Below are positions 42,884 to 56,830 of a stretch of DNA of 64,000 bases, in pieces. Position 1 is the first letter of the stretch. Each line of letters starts with the position of its first letter. The notes beneath the pieces are model-generated. The model searched no databases. It was not told the origin of the DNA and saw only the letters and a program-made list of their open reading frames with translations. Position numbers and translations under genes: made by a program. The stretch comes from Eledone cirrhosa (lineage: Eukaryota): assembly GCA_964016885.1 (NCBI GenBank), contig OZ024740.1:272118001-272182000 (forward strand), given 5' to 3'.

Positions 42884-43374
42884 TTAATATTTTTTTAAGG
42901 CAACGCTTGTAATGACTCTAGTTAAACATGATATATATTAATAATAAATTATCGTTGTAATGTAATTAGATTATATAATTGTTATTTTATAAATGATCTT
43001 ATAAATATTATTGTAAGATGTATAAAAATATTTTCAGACTTTTAATAGTTAATATAAATTTAAAAAATCATATATAAATTAACAATATAACTTACCAAAA
43101 CGATAAAAATATTTTGATGATAAAACGACGAAATACTGGAAGAAGATTCGAAAGCGAAACGATAAATAAACGTGCAAACAAAGTGGCGGCTGCTTTTGAG
43201 CAACAATTACTCTCGTTGGTTGATTAGCCAATAAGACGATACATTACAAAAGATGTTTGGGAGGGATCACCACTGCCAGCGATACCCCTTGAATTTTTAT
43301 TCACAAGCTAGGCATATCAGTCACATCACAGACACGCAGACTTAAAACATTCTGTTGTTAGTCACTGCGTGTCT

Positions 43375-43493
<119 letters not shown>

Positions 43494-43574
43494 TCCACCT
43501 GGTATTTTACCACACCCTCCTAAATAATTCGGCTCTGCATATGACTTTTTCCTATAATTGTCGACTTGTAACTG

Positions 43575-43918
43575 AATAGGGGTAAAGACCCCCCTCCGGT
43601 CACGAACGACCATGGGATTTGCACCTGGAAAGTTACCCACTGAGGCACAAGTCTGGGCAAGGTTGTTTGTGGAAGACCAGCAGTTGCCCATCCATACCAG
43701 CCTCCCCTCTCCACACCACTGATGATGTCCAAGGGAAAGGCAATGGCCGATACAGCTTGACACCAATGACGTCGCGACTCATTTCTACAGCTGAGTAAAC
43801 TGGAGCAACGTGAAATAAAGTGTCTTGCTCGAGGACACAACACATCACTCGGTTCGAGAATCAAAGTGACAACCTTCCGATTGCAAGCCCAATGCTCTAA
43901 CCACTAAGCCATGCGCCT
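43575..43918 (-). mobile_element. Family B SINE, near full length
   Basis: GGCGCATGGCTTAGTGGTTAGAGC head; GTGTCCTCGAGCAAGACACT central domain. Confidence 0.8.
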
Positions 43919-44272
43919 AACAGAATAAGGGGAAAGTTAAACACCTCGATCTCGTCAGTTTCACAAAGGCTATGACCTTTTCATCCAGACCAGTCCATGA
44001 AAGAAAGGAGAAAGAAAAATGAAAAAGGTTAAACATAAACAATTCCCCCCCCCCAAAAAAACCCCCACTAGTTATGTTCTTCGTCGCCAGTGACGGATGA
44101 AATACCTTGTGGTATTTGATAATATTTAATGCTGCTCATCCGGACACAAAAACTGATGCAGAAGATACCTATTGCTAGGAACCCAGTGACATGAGGGCTA
44201 ACACTCATTAGCCATCACTTTTCCATGTTATCCTATTTTTCCATGTTATCCTATCCCAACCACCCATATATA

Positions 44273-44374
44273 TACAGGGTATCCCAAAAAATCTATACAC
44301 ACTTTGATTACCTGTACAGGCAATATTTATTAGAATGGTGTTGAAGTGTGTATACATTTTTGAGGACACCCTGT
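44273..44374. mobile_element. Tc1/mariner-type MITE
   Basis: TA-CAGGGTATCCCAAAAAA ... TTTTTGAGGACACCCTG TIRs. Confidence 0.65.
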
Positions 44375-44423
44375 GTGTGTATATATATATACACACACAC
44401 ACACACATATAGATATATATATA

Positions 44424-44457
<34 letters not shown>

Positions 44458-44464
44458 TATATGA

Positions 44465-44745
44465 GGAACGTGGCCTAGTGGTAAGGGTGTTGGACTTACG
44501 GTCATAATGTCGTGGGTTCGATTCCTGGGTTGCGTTGTGTGTTGTGTTCTTGAGCAAAACACTTAATTTCACATTGCTCCAGTATACTCACCTGAAAATA
44601 AGTACCAGCAATAGCTGGGGGGTTTAACCCTGCGATGGACTGGCGTCCTGTCCAGGGGGGGGGGGAGTCTTGTACTCTCAGTCGCTTCACGCCATGAAGC
44701 CTGGATATGCACCGGCCAAATGATCCTTCTGGCTTCCGACAGACT
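44465..44745 (+). mobile_element. tRNA-derived SINE (family B-like head, different 3' part)
   Basis: GTGGCCTAGTGG A box, GGTTCGATTCC B box, TGTGTTCTTGAGCAAAACACT, CCCTGCGATGGACTGGCGTCCTGTCCAGGG. Confidence 0.75.
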
Positions 44746-46024
44746 TTAGACTTTTTAGAGTTTTGCTTGATTAACAAGTCAGATGAACATCTCGGGCTGG
44801 AGTCGGGTCTATAGCATTTATATTGATCCTGAGCCTCCCATCTATGAAACGGCCATGCATAATCAATAAGGATATTAATATGAAACCTTGCTTTGTTCTT
44901 TATATATATATATATACCCATACTCAGAGTGCTGATTTTGGTACTTTCCTCAGTAAACCACAAACCTACCGAACCACTTATTATATATATGTATATATAT
45001 TTACAGTTGTTCCACGGTAGTGAAAAACCGCGAATATTTGATGTTGTCCATAAAAATAACTATAAACGTCAAAATTTAGCGTAAAATATAATAAAAAAAG
45101 AGGGAGAGTCTTATGCGAAGGGGCGTCCAATAGACCGGTAAATGCCGTATATTGTTATTAATAATTTAGTGTTAAGAAAGCGATAAAAAGTTTAGTGTTA
45201 AGAAAGTGATAAAAAATCGCGGAAGATATTTACGATTCCCCGAATATGCGGAGCTTTTCAAGAACAATTATTAGTTAGGTTCTCAGGAAAATCCCACGAG
45301 CAACCGCGACGACAGCGAATGCCGGAACCGCGAATACCGGAACCACGAGTGCCGGGGGGGGGGGGGGGCACACAGCATATCACGAATTGCTATCTTTATT
45401 TTGTTTTATTCACTAATTATATTTTGGTATAATTTACTGTTATCCACAATGGGATACCTTTGCTGCCGATCAATTTAATTTTGTTTGTTCCGCTATCGTA
45501 ATTTTTTCATGTAACCGTATTCAATTCCCACTTCATTCAATTTATCCTACAGATATCCTCTATCACTAATTTCATCTACTATGTTATCCATTATAAACCA
45601 CCTCCCCCACATCGCCTATTCCTCATCTCCCCACCAGTTTTTTCATCATTCTTCTTTTTGTTATTTTTTCTTATTTTCCCCATTATTTCCCCCCCGTCAT
45701 TGCAAAAAATCAAAAAAAAAAAAATCAACGCCATCAGACAATCACGCGATAAAAAGATGAAAATTTTTCAATTCCTAACGCATTAAAGAAGAGTTGTTTC
45801 CCCCCATAAGAAAAATTAAAAAGTGAGAAAATACGAGATGTTTGAAGTTCCATCTAACACAAGACTGTAAGAGAGGTCATCTTGAATCTTGACTTCTGTG
45901 TTTACTTAGGCTAACCAGACATGCTTGCGAATGATTCTACTTATTCATGAAAGTACCAATTTTCGTAAGATGTAAACATACATTACACACACACACACAC
46001 ACACACGCGCACTCACACACACAT

Positions 46025-46080
<56 letters not shown>

Positions 46081-46688
46081 AAATAGTAAAAAGGAAAATA
46101 ATACAGTAGAAAATGCTGGAGGGATTTTTTCAGTATAATATCAAAACATTTATTTATAAAGTGGGGATTTCCGTATTTAATCATGTACTGGTTTCAGCAT
46201 TATATGCTTTTTCAACGACGGGTGTGTAAGTGAAGTTAAATTGCATATTTATCCGAATAATAATAAAAAGGAGTAGAAAAATTATTAATTTTTACATACA
46301 TATTTAGAGAGGAAAGTTCATATTTCTCTCCGAAGCTCTCTTACGCTCTCTGCTAGTGTTGACCAATAGAGGCGCCTCTGATACATATATACAGCTTGAG
46401 AGAGAAAGGTGAGGGTTGTTTTGGAGGTGTGGAGTATGATTTATATGCACAATAGCTGCTTGTTGTTGATTGCTCACATGCCATCAGGTTTGACTGAACA
46501 GTACTATAATCAAAAGCGCTCCTGCCATGGCTATTCTTCACCAGTTGCCTGTATTTCTAAAATTTGGGTGTCATTTTTATTATATATATTTCCAGGATAC
46601 TAAACTATAGTATGCTTTCATCAGATAAAATACAATATTTGAAGGTATAAGATAGTGACATATCCAAAATATAGACTTCCACGGTTAG

Positions 46689-46743
<55 letters not shown>

Positions 46744-46748
<5 letters not shown>

Positions 46749-47850
46749 AATAATGGAGCTGCGGCGCTGCAAATGGGTTACATATGAAAAAGTTTGTCCT
46801 CATCAGTGGCCTTCCAACCGTCGTAGGCATTTCGTCGCATTAAAGGCCATATACCTCAGGTTGGTGCGAGCAACGGCTAAAAAAAGTCGTTGGGACACGT
46901 AAATAAGGGGGACGCTAGGGTAAACAAACAAAATGGTTTAAGCAACAGAAAGTGATGACGAAGAAAGAAACAAGTCCCAGATTTCTATGAATATAAATTC
47001 GGTGGAATCGTGAACGAGAGAATAAAGACCATCAAACCTGGTTGAAATGTGAGCAAGGAAGGAATTTCGCACAGGTCTAACGGGAGGAAGAAGGGGTCTG
47101 GTCTGTGAATTCGGTAAACATAAGTTCTGTGAAGTCGCAGACGAGAGAGAGAGAAAAAAAATTCATACCGGCTTGGCCAAGTGCCCGCGAGAAAAGGATT
47201 ACGGACAGGTCAAACGGGAAGAAAGGGGAGGAGGAGAGGTAGTGACAGAGAGTGAGTGAGTGAAAGGTTAGGAAGAGGCTAACAGAGAGAGAGAGACTGC
47301 TAGAAAGGGTAAAGACACAAAGAACGAAACAGACTGGTGGCAGCGGAGGAAAAAATATATGTGTAAATATGATAATAATGGAGCTGCGGCGCTGCAAATG
47401 GGTTACACATGAACAAGTTTGTCCTCATCAGTGGACTTCCAACCGTCGTAGGCATTTCGTCGCATTAAAGGCGGTATGAATTTTTTCTCTCTCTCTCGTC
47501 TGCGACTTCACAGAACTTATGTTTACCGAATTCGCAGACCAGACCCCTTCTTCCTCCCGTTAGACCTGTGCGAAATTCCTTCCTTGCTCACATTTCAACC
47601 AGGTTTGATGGTCCTTATTCTCTCGTTCACGATTCCACCGAATTTATATTCATAGAAATCTGGGACTTGTTTCTTTCTTCTTCATCGCTTTCTGTTGCTT
47701 AAACCATTTTGTTTGTTTACCCTAGCGTCCCCCTTATTTACGTGTCCTAGCGACTTTTTTTAGCCGTTGCTCGCACCAACCTGAGGTATATGGCCTTTAA
47801 TGCGACGAAATGCCTACGACGGTTGGAAGGCCACTGATGAGGACAAACTT

Positions 47851-47858
<8 letters not shown>
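46744..47858. mobile_element. (TA)n-flanked non-coding element: ~625-bp unit with ~105-bp direct terminal repeat plus a 385-bp inverted arm
   Basis: Direct repeat 46744-46848 / 47369-47472; inverted repeat 46782-47169 / 47473-47858. Confidence 0.85.
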
Positions 47859-47902
<44 letters not shown>

Positions 47903-48206
47903 GTGACGTTTTTTTTACAAAAAGAAAAATAACCGAGGTGTCCTACACGAGTGAGTGTATAAAGAAAAAAAGATGAAATCGAAAATGCAACTGGAGTCTT
48001 ATTTTTTTATAATATATATATTTATTTGGTTCCTTTACCGGTTTCGCAGTTCTTCTGCTTTTCAAAAGTAGAGTTGAGATGAAGGGTCTGTGGTTTTTCT
48101 CACATATATATATATATTTTCTCACATATATATATATATATGTATATTTTCTCACATATATATATATATATATATTTTCTCACATATATATAAATATATA
48201 TTTTCT

Positions 48207-48294
<88 letters not shown>

Positions 48295-48375
48295 AAAAGA
48301 GTCAGGACTCCGACAGCTGAGCTCCGGTCGTTTCGACAGCTAGATCCGAACTCAGTTCGGATCAAGCTTCTAGCT

Positions 48376-48945
48376 ATATATCTAGGACGGGTAAAATTCC
48401 CGAGATCCATGGACGAGTTCTCTCCAGCGGTCCTTGTCCCTCATTATCGCTGCCATGTCCTGCGTCTCCAACAGACCAGTGTCTGTCCTTAGGACATCAA
48501 CATACGTTAACCTTGGTCTTCCTCTTCCAGTGTGTCCATGTAGGGGCTCCCACAGGAGCACTGAGTGCAATATCAACTCTGGATGTCGGTGAGCATGTCC
48601 AGCTAACCTCAATCTCCTTTGTGTCACTTTTGAGCTGACTTTTGGGAGGCTCCCATACAGCTCTGAGTTTTTCATCCTCAGTGTATACTGATTAATGTTC
48701 AGAGCCATCCTCAGCATTCTCGTGTAGCACCCATCCACCATCTGAGAAAGTTTCTTGGTCAGTGTCCAAGTCTCAGACCCGTACAGCAGCTCAGACTCAA
48801 CTACAACAATGAAGAGGCGGATTTTCAGGTCTTTACAAAGGTCCGACTTCCACACTGATCTCAAGCTGAGGCACGCCGCCCAGGCTTTGCTCTTCCTCTC
48901 AACCAAATCATTTTCCGTATTCTCAATCATTGCTCCCAAATACAG
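48376..48945 (-). pseudogene. 5'-truncated RTE-clade LINE, C-terminal RT-associated region
   Basis: YLGA..KAWAAC..VWKS..LKIRLF..VESELLYGSETWTL..RRLRLAGH..GRGRPRLTYVD..DRWRE; open frame of 185 aa; TA-flanked. Confidence 0.88.
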
Positions 48946-48997
<52 letters not shown>

Positions 48998-48998
48998 A

Positions 48999-49029
<31 letters not shown>

Positions 49030-49533
49030 CGAGAGAGAGAATTAGTATATCTACCAACATATGTATACAGATGTATACCCATGCTAGCAAATATATATGT
49101 TATGTCTTAGTACCTTTGTGGTTCTATGCAGGGGGATGCAGAACAATTATATGAAAGACGTAAAATAAGAAAATTTTAAAAATTAAATTACTTACTAAAA
49201 TTTTCACTCCAACTAATTAGTATACATATGTTGGTAGATATACTAATTCTTTATATTTATCTCCAAATTATTTGTTGAGCAAAACTTGCCAAAATTTACT
49301 GCTATGGTTCATGGTAGTAGTTAGGCTCTTGTCATAATACCACCCCACTCCTCACTGATTAACCTCAGTGTCACATGATTGATTCTTTAGAATTTGCCAC
49401 TGACCAAGTAGGCAGTGAATTTTTTCAGTGCCCTGGAATTTAGTCCCCGCTAGCTTTGTTCCATCCACTGAATTATTATTTTTATATGGGTTCCTAGTGT
49501 CCGCGCATTTCCTGGGAACCTAGCTGAGAATAG

Positions 49534-49613
49534 ACTCCCTGATGACGTAAGGACTTCTCTATAGTTGCGTGCGTAACTATATTTATCCCTTACAGAAACT
49601 AATTAGTTGGAGT
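49534..49613 (+). ncRNA. Type-I hammerhead ribozyme
   Basis: ACTCC CTGATGA c GTAAGG [ATAGTTGCG..CGTAACTAT hairpin] CCTTAC a GAAA CTAATTAG TT^GGAGT. Confidence 0.85.
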
Positions 49614-49663
49614 GAAAATTTTAGTAAGTAAGTTAATTTTTTAAAATTTTCTTATTTTACGTC

Positions 49664-49777
<114 letters not shown>

Positions 49778-49795
49778 CGATATATATATATATCG

Positions 49796-49831
<36 letters not shown>

Positions 49832-49847
49832 CGATATATATATATAT

Positions 49848-49901
<54 letters not shown>

Positions 49902-50400
49902 CGAGAGAGAGTATTAGTATATTACCAACATATGTATACAGATGTATACCCATGCTAGCAAATATATATGTTATGTCTTAGTACCTTTGTGGTTCTATGC
50001 AGGGGGATGCAGAACAATTATATGAAAGACGTAAAATAAGAAAATTTTAAAAATTAACTTACTAAAATTTTCACTCCAACTAATTAGTATACATATGTTG
50101 GTAGATATACTAATTCTTTATATTTATCTCCAAATTATTTGCTGAGCAAAACTTGCCAAAATTTACTGCTATCGTTCATGGTAGTAGTTAGGCTCTTGTC
50201 ATAATACCACCCCACTCCTCACTGATTAACCTCAGTGTCACATGATTGATTCTTTAGAATTTGCCACTGACCAAGTAGGCAGTGAATTTTTTCAGTGCCC
50301 TGGAATTTAGTCCCTGCTAGCTTTGTTCCATCCACTGAATTATTATTTTTATATGGGTTCCTAGTGTCCGCGCATTTCCTGGGAACCTAGCTGAGAATAG

Positions 50401-50481
50401 ACTCCCTGATGACGCAAGGACTTCTCTATAGTTGCGTTGCGTAACTATATTTATCCCTTACAGAAACTAATTAGTTGGAGT
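50401..50481 (+). ncRNA. Type-I hammerhead ribozyme (duplicate)
   Basis: Same as 49534-49613 with one stem II mismatch. Confidence 0.8.
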
Positions 50482-50534
50482 GAAAATTTTAGTAAGTAAG
50501 TTAATTTTTAAAATTTTCTTATTTTACGTCTTTC

Positions 50535-50565
<31 letters not shown>

Positions 50566-50567
50566 CG

Positions 50568-50740
<173 letters not shown>

Positions 50741-51021
50741 GTATATATATATATATGTATTGATAAAATTAGAATTTTGTTTCTAGCCCTAGCACCGTTC
50801 AACAGACTGGCAGATGTATAACGTCCCGATGAAGAGTAATAACCAAGAAACATGTTGAATATTCCTCAAAGCCAGTGTTGAACGAACCGGTGACAATCGG
50901 TCACCGGCACGGCACAGCTTCAAATCGGGCCGTTTGTTTACAAACGAATCGAACATTGATAATAATGTTTGATATAACGCATACTTACATATGTTTATGT
51001 ATATATTTGTGTTTATGTATG

Positions 51022-51103
<82 letters not shown>

Positions 51104-51149
51104 TATAACATATATATATATATAACATATATATATATATAACATATAT

Positions 51150-51204
<55 letters not shown>

Positions 51205-51247
51205 CATATATATATATGTATGTATATATATATGTATGTATATACAC

Positions 51248-51286
<39 letters not shown>

Positions 51287-51303
51287 TGCATATATATATA
51301 TAT

Positions 51304-51334
<31 letters not shown>

Positions 51335-51338
51335 ACAT

Positions 51339-51371
<33 letters not shown>

Positions 51372-51471
51372 TACATATATTTATATATATGTATGTATAT
51401 ATATATATGTATGTATATATATAAATATATGCATACATATATATATATACATACATATATATATATATGTA

Positions 51472-51514
<43 letters not shown>

Positions 51515-52025
51515 GGTATATAATACAGTGTCACCTCATATGTGTGTGAGTACAGCTGAGCCTGTGGTTGTGTACACTCATGTAAATAGTTTTACAAAAC
51601 ACATCACCCGATCTACACATTTTCCTTCATTATCTATACAGATTTCATGTATGAAATAAAAGAACAAAAAAACGAAGCCAATTTTTACATATCGTAAGTA
51701 AAATATTTTGGCAAATGATATATTTTCTCAGTCGCTCCCACTTGTATTTCATATAAACAGTTTTTATGTGTGATTTTTCCCTCTCTTTATTAAATGTTTT
51801 GCTCTTATGAAATTTTGCCAATTTTTGGTACACAATTTGCATTTCTTATAATGTTGTATGTAACATTTTGCTTTTCAATATTTGGAAAAATTATCCTGTC
51901 AAGCTTTTCTTCTTTTTTTGATTTTTATCATTTTGCGTGCGTATATATATATATATATATATACATAATTACAAACATACATATATGCATTCATATGTAT
52001 GTATATGTATATAGGTATATATATA

Positions 52026-52134
<109 letters not shown>

Positions 52135-52201
52135 TTGTGTGTTTGTGTGTTTGTGTGTGTGTATAAACATGTATGTTTATTTACGTTTGTACATGTATTG
52201 T

Positions 52202-52232
<31 letters not shown>

Positions 52233-52347
52233 AAAATCAATCAATGTCTCTTGCTTTAGCAAAAGGAATATTTTTTTATTTATTTTACGGCTTCCACCTA
52301 TTTATCTGTCACAATTTTGTATGTATATAGAAATGCATGTTTTAATG

Positions 52348-52423
<76 letters not shown>

Positions 52424-52693
52424 TAGCATTACAAGAGCCCACAGTAACATTTTAGGGGCCAGTGCTTTGCGTTCAAAAAATACCTGAAATCTAACAGAAA
52501 TAATAAAAAAAAAAACTAAATAAAACAATTAAGCAAAGCACTTGGTCAACCAATTCCACGGGGACTTAGTAGAAACCAAAATATAGGATGGTGCAAATAG
52601 CTGGAATCAGTGGTTGTACATTCTACTAAATCTAAAGCTTAGTTTATTCATTCATGCATGCAAACATACATATATAAACACAGACACACAGGC

Positions 52694-52726
<33 letters not shown>

Positions 52727-52763
52727 GAGAGAGATAGAGAGATAGAGAGATAGATACACACAT

Positions 52764-52800
<37 letters not shown>

Positions 52801-52804
<4 letters not shown>

Positions 52805-52889
52805 ATAGAAGGAGATTCTACAGGACTAGTACTATTTCATTCATTTCATCTGAATGAAACAGTACTAGTCCTGTAGAAGCTCCTTCTAT

Positions 52890-52942
<53 letters not shown>

Positions 52943-53226
52943 AAAAAGAGATGAAATCGAAAATACAACTGAAGTCTTATTTTTTTTAAAAATATATATA
53001 TTTATTTGGTTCCTTTACCGGTTTCGCAGTTCTTCTGCTTTTCAAAAGGTGAGTTGAGATGGAGGGTCTGTGGTTTTTCTCATATATATATATATCCTGA
53101 AGATTTCATCTGAATGAAACAGTACTAGTCCTGTAGAAGCTCCTTCTATAAAATAAAAAATTTTACTCTGCCATGTATTGAGTACCTTACTTACTGTGGT
53201 TATCCCCGACTCAACCCGGGACCTAC

Positions 53227-53228
<2 letters not shown>
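52801..53228. mobile_element. HHR family: short hairpin 52801-52893 and a longer sense copy 53097-53228
   Basis: CTGAAGA tTTCA tc TGAA t GAAA CAGTACTAG TC^CTGTAG at 53097-53136 (5' strand of stem I missing); another fragment at ~62760-62790. Confidence 0.7.
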
Positions 53229-53299
<71 letters not shown>

Positions 53300-53537
53300 G
53301 CCAATCATTGTAAGATTGAATCTAACTGACATGCAAAAACATATATATAGGAATAAGGTAAGCCCAAATCATAGTAGATTCAAATATCACAGAGAGAAAG
53401 AGTGAGAGAGAGAGAGTGAGAGAGGAGGGAGAGGCATGAGGTGGAACAGAATGAAACATGGATTACAGGTTAAAATGTAGTCTAGATAGATGGGAAACAA
53501 AACGAGGATGTAGTTTATGGAACACCCAAATGATTTA

Positions 53538-53947
53538 GAAGTCGACCTTAAGTAGGAGCAATGACATCAAGAGACATGAACAACACCACATCATTTTGTT
53601 TTGAAAATTTTGAAAGTAGGTTTATAAGTATGAATTTTCATAAGATTATAGTAGTTGTCTCTGTGGTCTATCGGTAGGTACTAGAGACGGTGGAGATCCT
53701 GGCCTTGGGTTCGATCCTGGTCAGGTGGTACATGTAACAGTTTTTATTTTACAACCCATAGAAAAAAACTGATCGAACTTCAGACCAGGATCACCACCGT
53801 CTAAGAATCCTCCAACTAGGCCACCGAGACAGCTACACGAGTACAATGAAAATTGATAATTATAAACCTACTTTCAAAATCAAAGTTAAAAAGATGTGGT
53901 GTCGTTCATGGCTTTCCTAGAGCTATTAGTAATATTTAGGGTCGACT
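53538..53947. repeat. Old diverged inverted repeat containing tRNA-like A/B boxes
   Basis: Arms ~53538-53725 / 53770-53947; GTGGTCTATCGG and GGTTCGATCC in the left arm. Confidence 0.6.
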
Positions 53948-54170
53948 CTGGTCATTATTGAAAGTCGCTGGATTTCGCAAAATACATAATATTTTTAATT
54001 GGAGAAGGTAAGATATTTTTCCGCACAAATTTGATTGCACTGTTTTATTTCCACTTTTGTATTTTTCGAAAATGTTATTTATACATTATAAAAATTAAAT
54101 GATAGCATTCCATATGTAGGTGGGCCCCCTTCATCTCCTGGCAACCAATATTTTTAGACCCAATCCGCCA

Positions 54171-54265
<95 letters not shown>

Positions 54266-54346
54266 GCTGTTCTATATTTTTGAGACGAGGAATTATTTAC
54301 ATTATATACATTGGACGGATAGGTGCCCTCATCTTGTTTTGTTGTT

Positions 54347-54392
54347 AACACAACGTTTCGGCTGATGTACTCTCCAGCCTTCATCAGGTGTC
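54347..54392 (-). ncRNA. Minimal type-I hammerhead ribozyme
   Basis: GACAC CTGATGA a GGCTG..CAGCC GAAA CG TT^GTGTT; the mirror copy 54941-54986 has core (GTGATGA) and stem II mutations. Confidence 0.8.
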
Positions 54393-54546
54393 CTAGTGAT
54401 GCTATTATTAACGTTTGTTCAGGTCACTGCCTAGAATTGTACTCGGAATCTTGAGGTTAGAAGCCCGCTTTTTAACTACTATTTTTTTCTTTCTTTTTTT
54501 TCTTTTTTTTTCCCCGTGATTTTTCTTTTTTTTTCCTCGTGCATTT

Positions 54547-54835
54547 TTAGGGCTTATAAACTGATATTTTTCTATCCTTCCTCAATACCGGTTCCCATAT
54601 ACTACTCATATCTGCACTAGGTCTGCTTAGGAGGTTATTGTGTCCTAGCATATGTGCTGCCTCTTTTAGTTTTCGTGTTTTCCAGTAGTATTCTCTGTCT
54701 ATTATTTTAACTTCATCCCACAGGGGAAGATGGTTTCCGTTTTTCCATACATGATCAGCTATACCCGATTTATCGATCTCTCCTCGTGTCACAGCTTTAC
54801 GATGTTCTTCTACCCTTATTTTGAGGGGGCGGCCT
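54547..54835 (-). pseudogene. PLE GIY-YIG endonuclease C-terminal fragment
   Basis: GRPLKIRVEEHRK..SGIADHVW..H..WDEVKIIDRE..RKLKEAAH..LSR..IWEPVL. Confidence 0.85.
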
Positions 54836-55322
54836 GGAAAAAAAAATAAAATGGTAGTTAAAAAGCGGACTACTAACCTCAAGATTCCGAGTACAACTCT
54901 AGGCAGTGACCTGAACAAACGCTAATAATAACACCACTAGGACACGTGATGAAGGCTGGAGAGTACATAAGGCGAAACGTTGTGTTAACAACAAAACAAG
55001 ATGAGGACACCTATCCGTCCAATGTATATAATGTAAATATATATATATATATGTATACACACATATATATATATGTATACACACATATATATGTATACAC
55101 ATATATATATATATGTATACACATATATATATATATACATTCAGTGTGGTCTACCTTTCGTGGTAGGGTCTATACCGTAGTTAGAACTCAATGTAATATG
55201 TTAGCATATAGTTTAATGAGATCCAGTGATTGGTTCCGTATTTCGCTGAGTCAATCTTTCAGATACAGAGTCTGAATGAGATATGTAAAATAACTTGCCT
55301 TTGTTATCAATGTTAAATAAAA

Positions 55323-55513
55323 TAATTGTTTCTACTTTTTGACACAAGGCCAGCAAATAACCAGTACATTACTGGTACTTTTTATTTTATCCACCCCGTA
55401 AGGATGAAAGGCAAAGCTAACCTCGACGGGATTTGAACTCAGACCGTAAAGGGACGTAACTATGCTAGAAAGCATGGCGTCCAACCCTGTACCGATACTG
55501 CCAATTCACCGCC
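55323..55513 (-). mobile_element. Family A SINE
   Basis: Full consensus; flanked by AAATAAAATAAT-like duplication. Confidence 0.85.
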
Positions 55514-55560
55514 CTTTTAAATAAAATAATATGTAATATATATATATATATATATACATT

Positions 55561-55610
<50 letters not shown>

Positions 55611-55689
55611 GGTGGGTGGTTGTATATATGTCTTTAGTATAATATAATATATATATATATATACAATCCATATGACATTTCAAAGCACA

Positions 55690-56356
55690 AATCTAGAGCA
55701 GAGTAGGAGAAGAGACTCTTTCAGACAACTTGGATACGGGTATTTATTGCCTTGAGGGCAAACCTATTACCTTTCACGTCAAAGGGCTTCTGCTATCTTC
55801 TACAGGGCGTTCAAGAAATGTAACATCCCTTGTGAGCACTGGGAAGCATGAGCTAGCGACCGATCGCAGTGGAGGAAAGCAGTGGCTAGTGGCAAGAGTC
55901 TATTTGAGGAAACAAGAAGGCACGCGGCACTAAAAAGAGATGTCCGGAAAGGAATCCATGTTGGCCTTCCCGAAGGCACTGACAAACGGCCTGACCTGAC
56001 ATGTGAGACCTGTAATAGGGTTTGTCTGAGCATGGCAGCTCTAAAGAGTCACCTGAGAGTGCAAAAGAACAGGGAAGCAGGCACCTGTGGAGCTATAAGT
56101 GTTCATCAGACGACGACATGTAATGTTTGTGGAAAGGTATGCAGGTCGAGTAGTGATCTCACACGACACTTTGGGTCACATGGTACCATGGAATCAGCAC
56201 TAGGTGTCAATAATTGTCACAAGTGTCGTGTTTGTACCAGAGTTTTCAAGTCGCTGGCTGGACTAAAAAGCCACACTTGTTCAGTGCATCGGTAGGGGTT
56301 CTCCTACATGGATATAAAGTAGTGGCCGTACTCGAAAACGAGTTGGCAGCCACCAT
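55690..56356 (+). pseudogene. RTE (BovB-like) LINE 3' end encoding three C2H2 zinc fingers, (TATG)n tail
   Basis: KKCNIP..WEA*ASDRSQWRKAVASGKSLFEE then CETC..LKSHLR, CNVC..LTRHFGSH, CRVC..LKSHTCSVH (ORF 55882-56295). Confidence 0.8.
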
Positions 56357-56417
56357 GTATGTATGTATGTATGTATGTATGTATGTATGTATGTATGTAT
56401 GTATGTATGTATGTATG

Positions 56418-56830
56418 TGGGAGAGATGACCCCTTAGCCTTTGTCAAGGCAGAATTCTAGGAGAAGGAAAACTCTGATATAACACCTGCAACTCTGATGG
56501 TATCCAATGATGTTGACTTGTTCTTCTTTTTGGTAAATATCATCTTGGTTAAGAGAGTGGGACTGGCTTTGTTCAGTGCCTTTGCTCACTATAAAAGCTT
56601 CACGGCACAGGCATTGCTTTATATCTGGAGATCTCTCTGCACTTGTCGTCACATGGTACCATGGGCCCAGCACTATGTGTCAATAATTGTCACAAGTGTA
56701 GTGTTTGTACAAGAGTTTTCAAGTTACTGGCTGGACTAAAAAGTCACACTCGTTCAGCGCATCGGTAGGGGTTCTCCTACATGGATATAAAGTAGTGGCC
56801 GTACTCGAAAACGAGTTGGCAGCCACCATG
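56418..56830 (+). mobile_element. Short non-autonomous RTE-derived element (copy of 13211-13625)
   Basis: Near identity; sits in the (TATG)n tail of the LINE. Confidence 0.8.

Larger units (their letters stand above)
54262..55038 (-). mobile_element. Severely 5'-truncated Penelope/Poseidon-type PLE with inverted pLTR
   Basis: Arms 54295-54488 / 54840-55038 enclose a GIY-YIG C-terminal fragment; HHR in both arms; TA-flanked. Confidence 0.88.

Noticed and set aside
55882-56295. Host C2H2 zinc-finger gene
   Set aside because: Continuous with RTE C-terminal motifs and followed by a LINE tail.
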